NCBI GenBank assembly: GCA_038751255.1
Contig: JBCDGN010000006.1
Location: forward strand, 689-64,688
DNA length: 64,000 bases
From: Pseudomonadota bacterium
GTDB taxonomy: Bacteria > Pseudomonadota > Alphaproteobacteria > Rhodobacterales > Rhodobacteraceae
Direction: 5' to 3'
The stretch's first letter is position 1. Every line of letters begins with the position of its first letter. Both the position numbers and the translations under genes were made by a program. This document shows, piece after piece, positions 63,482-64,000 of this stretch. A model generated the notes under the pieces. That model had not been told where the DNA came from, ran no database searches, and saw nothing but the letters and a program-made list of their open reading frames with translations.

Positions 63482-64000
63482 ATGATTTTCGATAGTGAAA
63501 GCCGATACGGATCCGTGACACGGGTGTTGCACTGGGGCATGGCGATCCTTTTTGCGGCGCAGTTTCTGTCCGCTGCGGCGCGGGCGCTTTTGCCGCGAGA
63601 GGACGCGTTCCGCGAGTTGGTTTGGAGCTACCATCAGCCGCTCGGGGCCACCCTGTTTTTGCTGGTAATGATCCGCGGCCTTTGGGGACTTCTGAACCTT
63701 TCAAGGCGCCCCGGCCACTCCGGGGTCCTGGGAAAAGCGGCGGTGCTTGGGCATCTCGCGCTCTACGCGCTTATGGTCGTGGTGCCGGCCACACGGCTTC
63801 TCGCAGCGGCAGGAAGCACACGTGGTTTCACCTATCTTGGGATTGAGGTCTTTCCCCCGCGCGAAGCGAATGTCGCATGGATGCGCGCCCCGGCGGAGTG
63901 GCATGGCGAACTCGGGTGGCTGTTGGCGACCCTGGTGATCGGCCATATCGCCATGGCGATCTGTTGGCATCAGCTGATTAAACGCGACGACACGCTGCGC
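63482..64000 (+). CDS. Cytochrome b561-family protein (3' end truncated by window edge)
   Basis: Not in the ORF track because no stop is reached. My own translation from ATG 63482: MIFDSESRYGSVTRVLHWGMAILFAAQF..HQPLGATLFLLVMIRGLWGL..LGHLALYALMVVVP..EWHGELGWLLATLVIGHIAMA. It has four TM helices with conserved His residues. In frame to position 64000. Confidence 0.8.
   Translation, partial: MIFDSESRYGSVTRVLHWGMAILFAAQFLSAAARALLPREDAFRELVWSYHQPLGATLFLLVMIRGLWGLLNLSRRPGHSGVLGKAAVLGHLALYALMVVVPATRLLAAAGSTRGFTYLGIEVFPPREANVAWMRAPAEWHGELGWLLATLVIGHIAMAICWHQLIKRDDTLR

Overview
GC-rich, gene-dense bacterial chromosome segment. It looks alphaproteobacterial, possibly Rhodobacteraceae-like (many ABC and TRAP transporters, a VPLPA-CTERM-type tail), but this is a taxonomic guess. 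Layout: (i) 0.1-6.6 kb holds an AT-rich YgjV-like membrane gene, a GntR regulator, a PotABCD-like ABC importer and a hydantoin-racemase-family gene. (ii) 6.9-38.2 kb is a ~31 kb accessory island of 23 genes in seven transcription units, with no integrase, transposase or tRNA. It carries: a signal-less multi-module peptidoglycan hydrolase in a lysis-cassette-like tricistron; a translationally coupled TIR + membrane-spanning STAND NTPase pair; nine exported proteins forming a caspase(x3) / S1 protease / serpin / DUF4384(x4) / OmpA-like network; a membrane Rossmann + RyR-domain protein; a patatin phospholipase + SLOG-SLATT pair; and an operon of wHTH-TPR regulator, PAP2 phosphatase with an (Asn-Arg)14 tract, subtilisin and membrane protein. 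(iii) 38.3-51.5 kb encodes galactoside uptake and De Ley-Doudoroff-type galactose catabolism (GH42, GH4, lactonase, dgoK, dgoA, sugar ABC system, IclR). (iv) 51.5-64 kb holds hydrolase, NTF2-like and oxidoreductase genes, a GntR-linked LLM monooxygenase / AKR / flavin reductase / TRAP cluster, a VPLPA-CTERM-type exported protein with a C10 homopolymer, a COG0523 GTPase pair and a truncated cytochrome b561. I saw no rRNA, tRNA, CRISPR array or transposable element. All family calls come from reading motifs by eye in the supplied translations; no database search was run.
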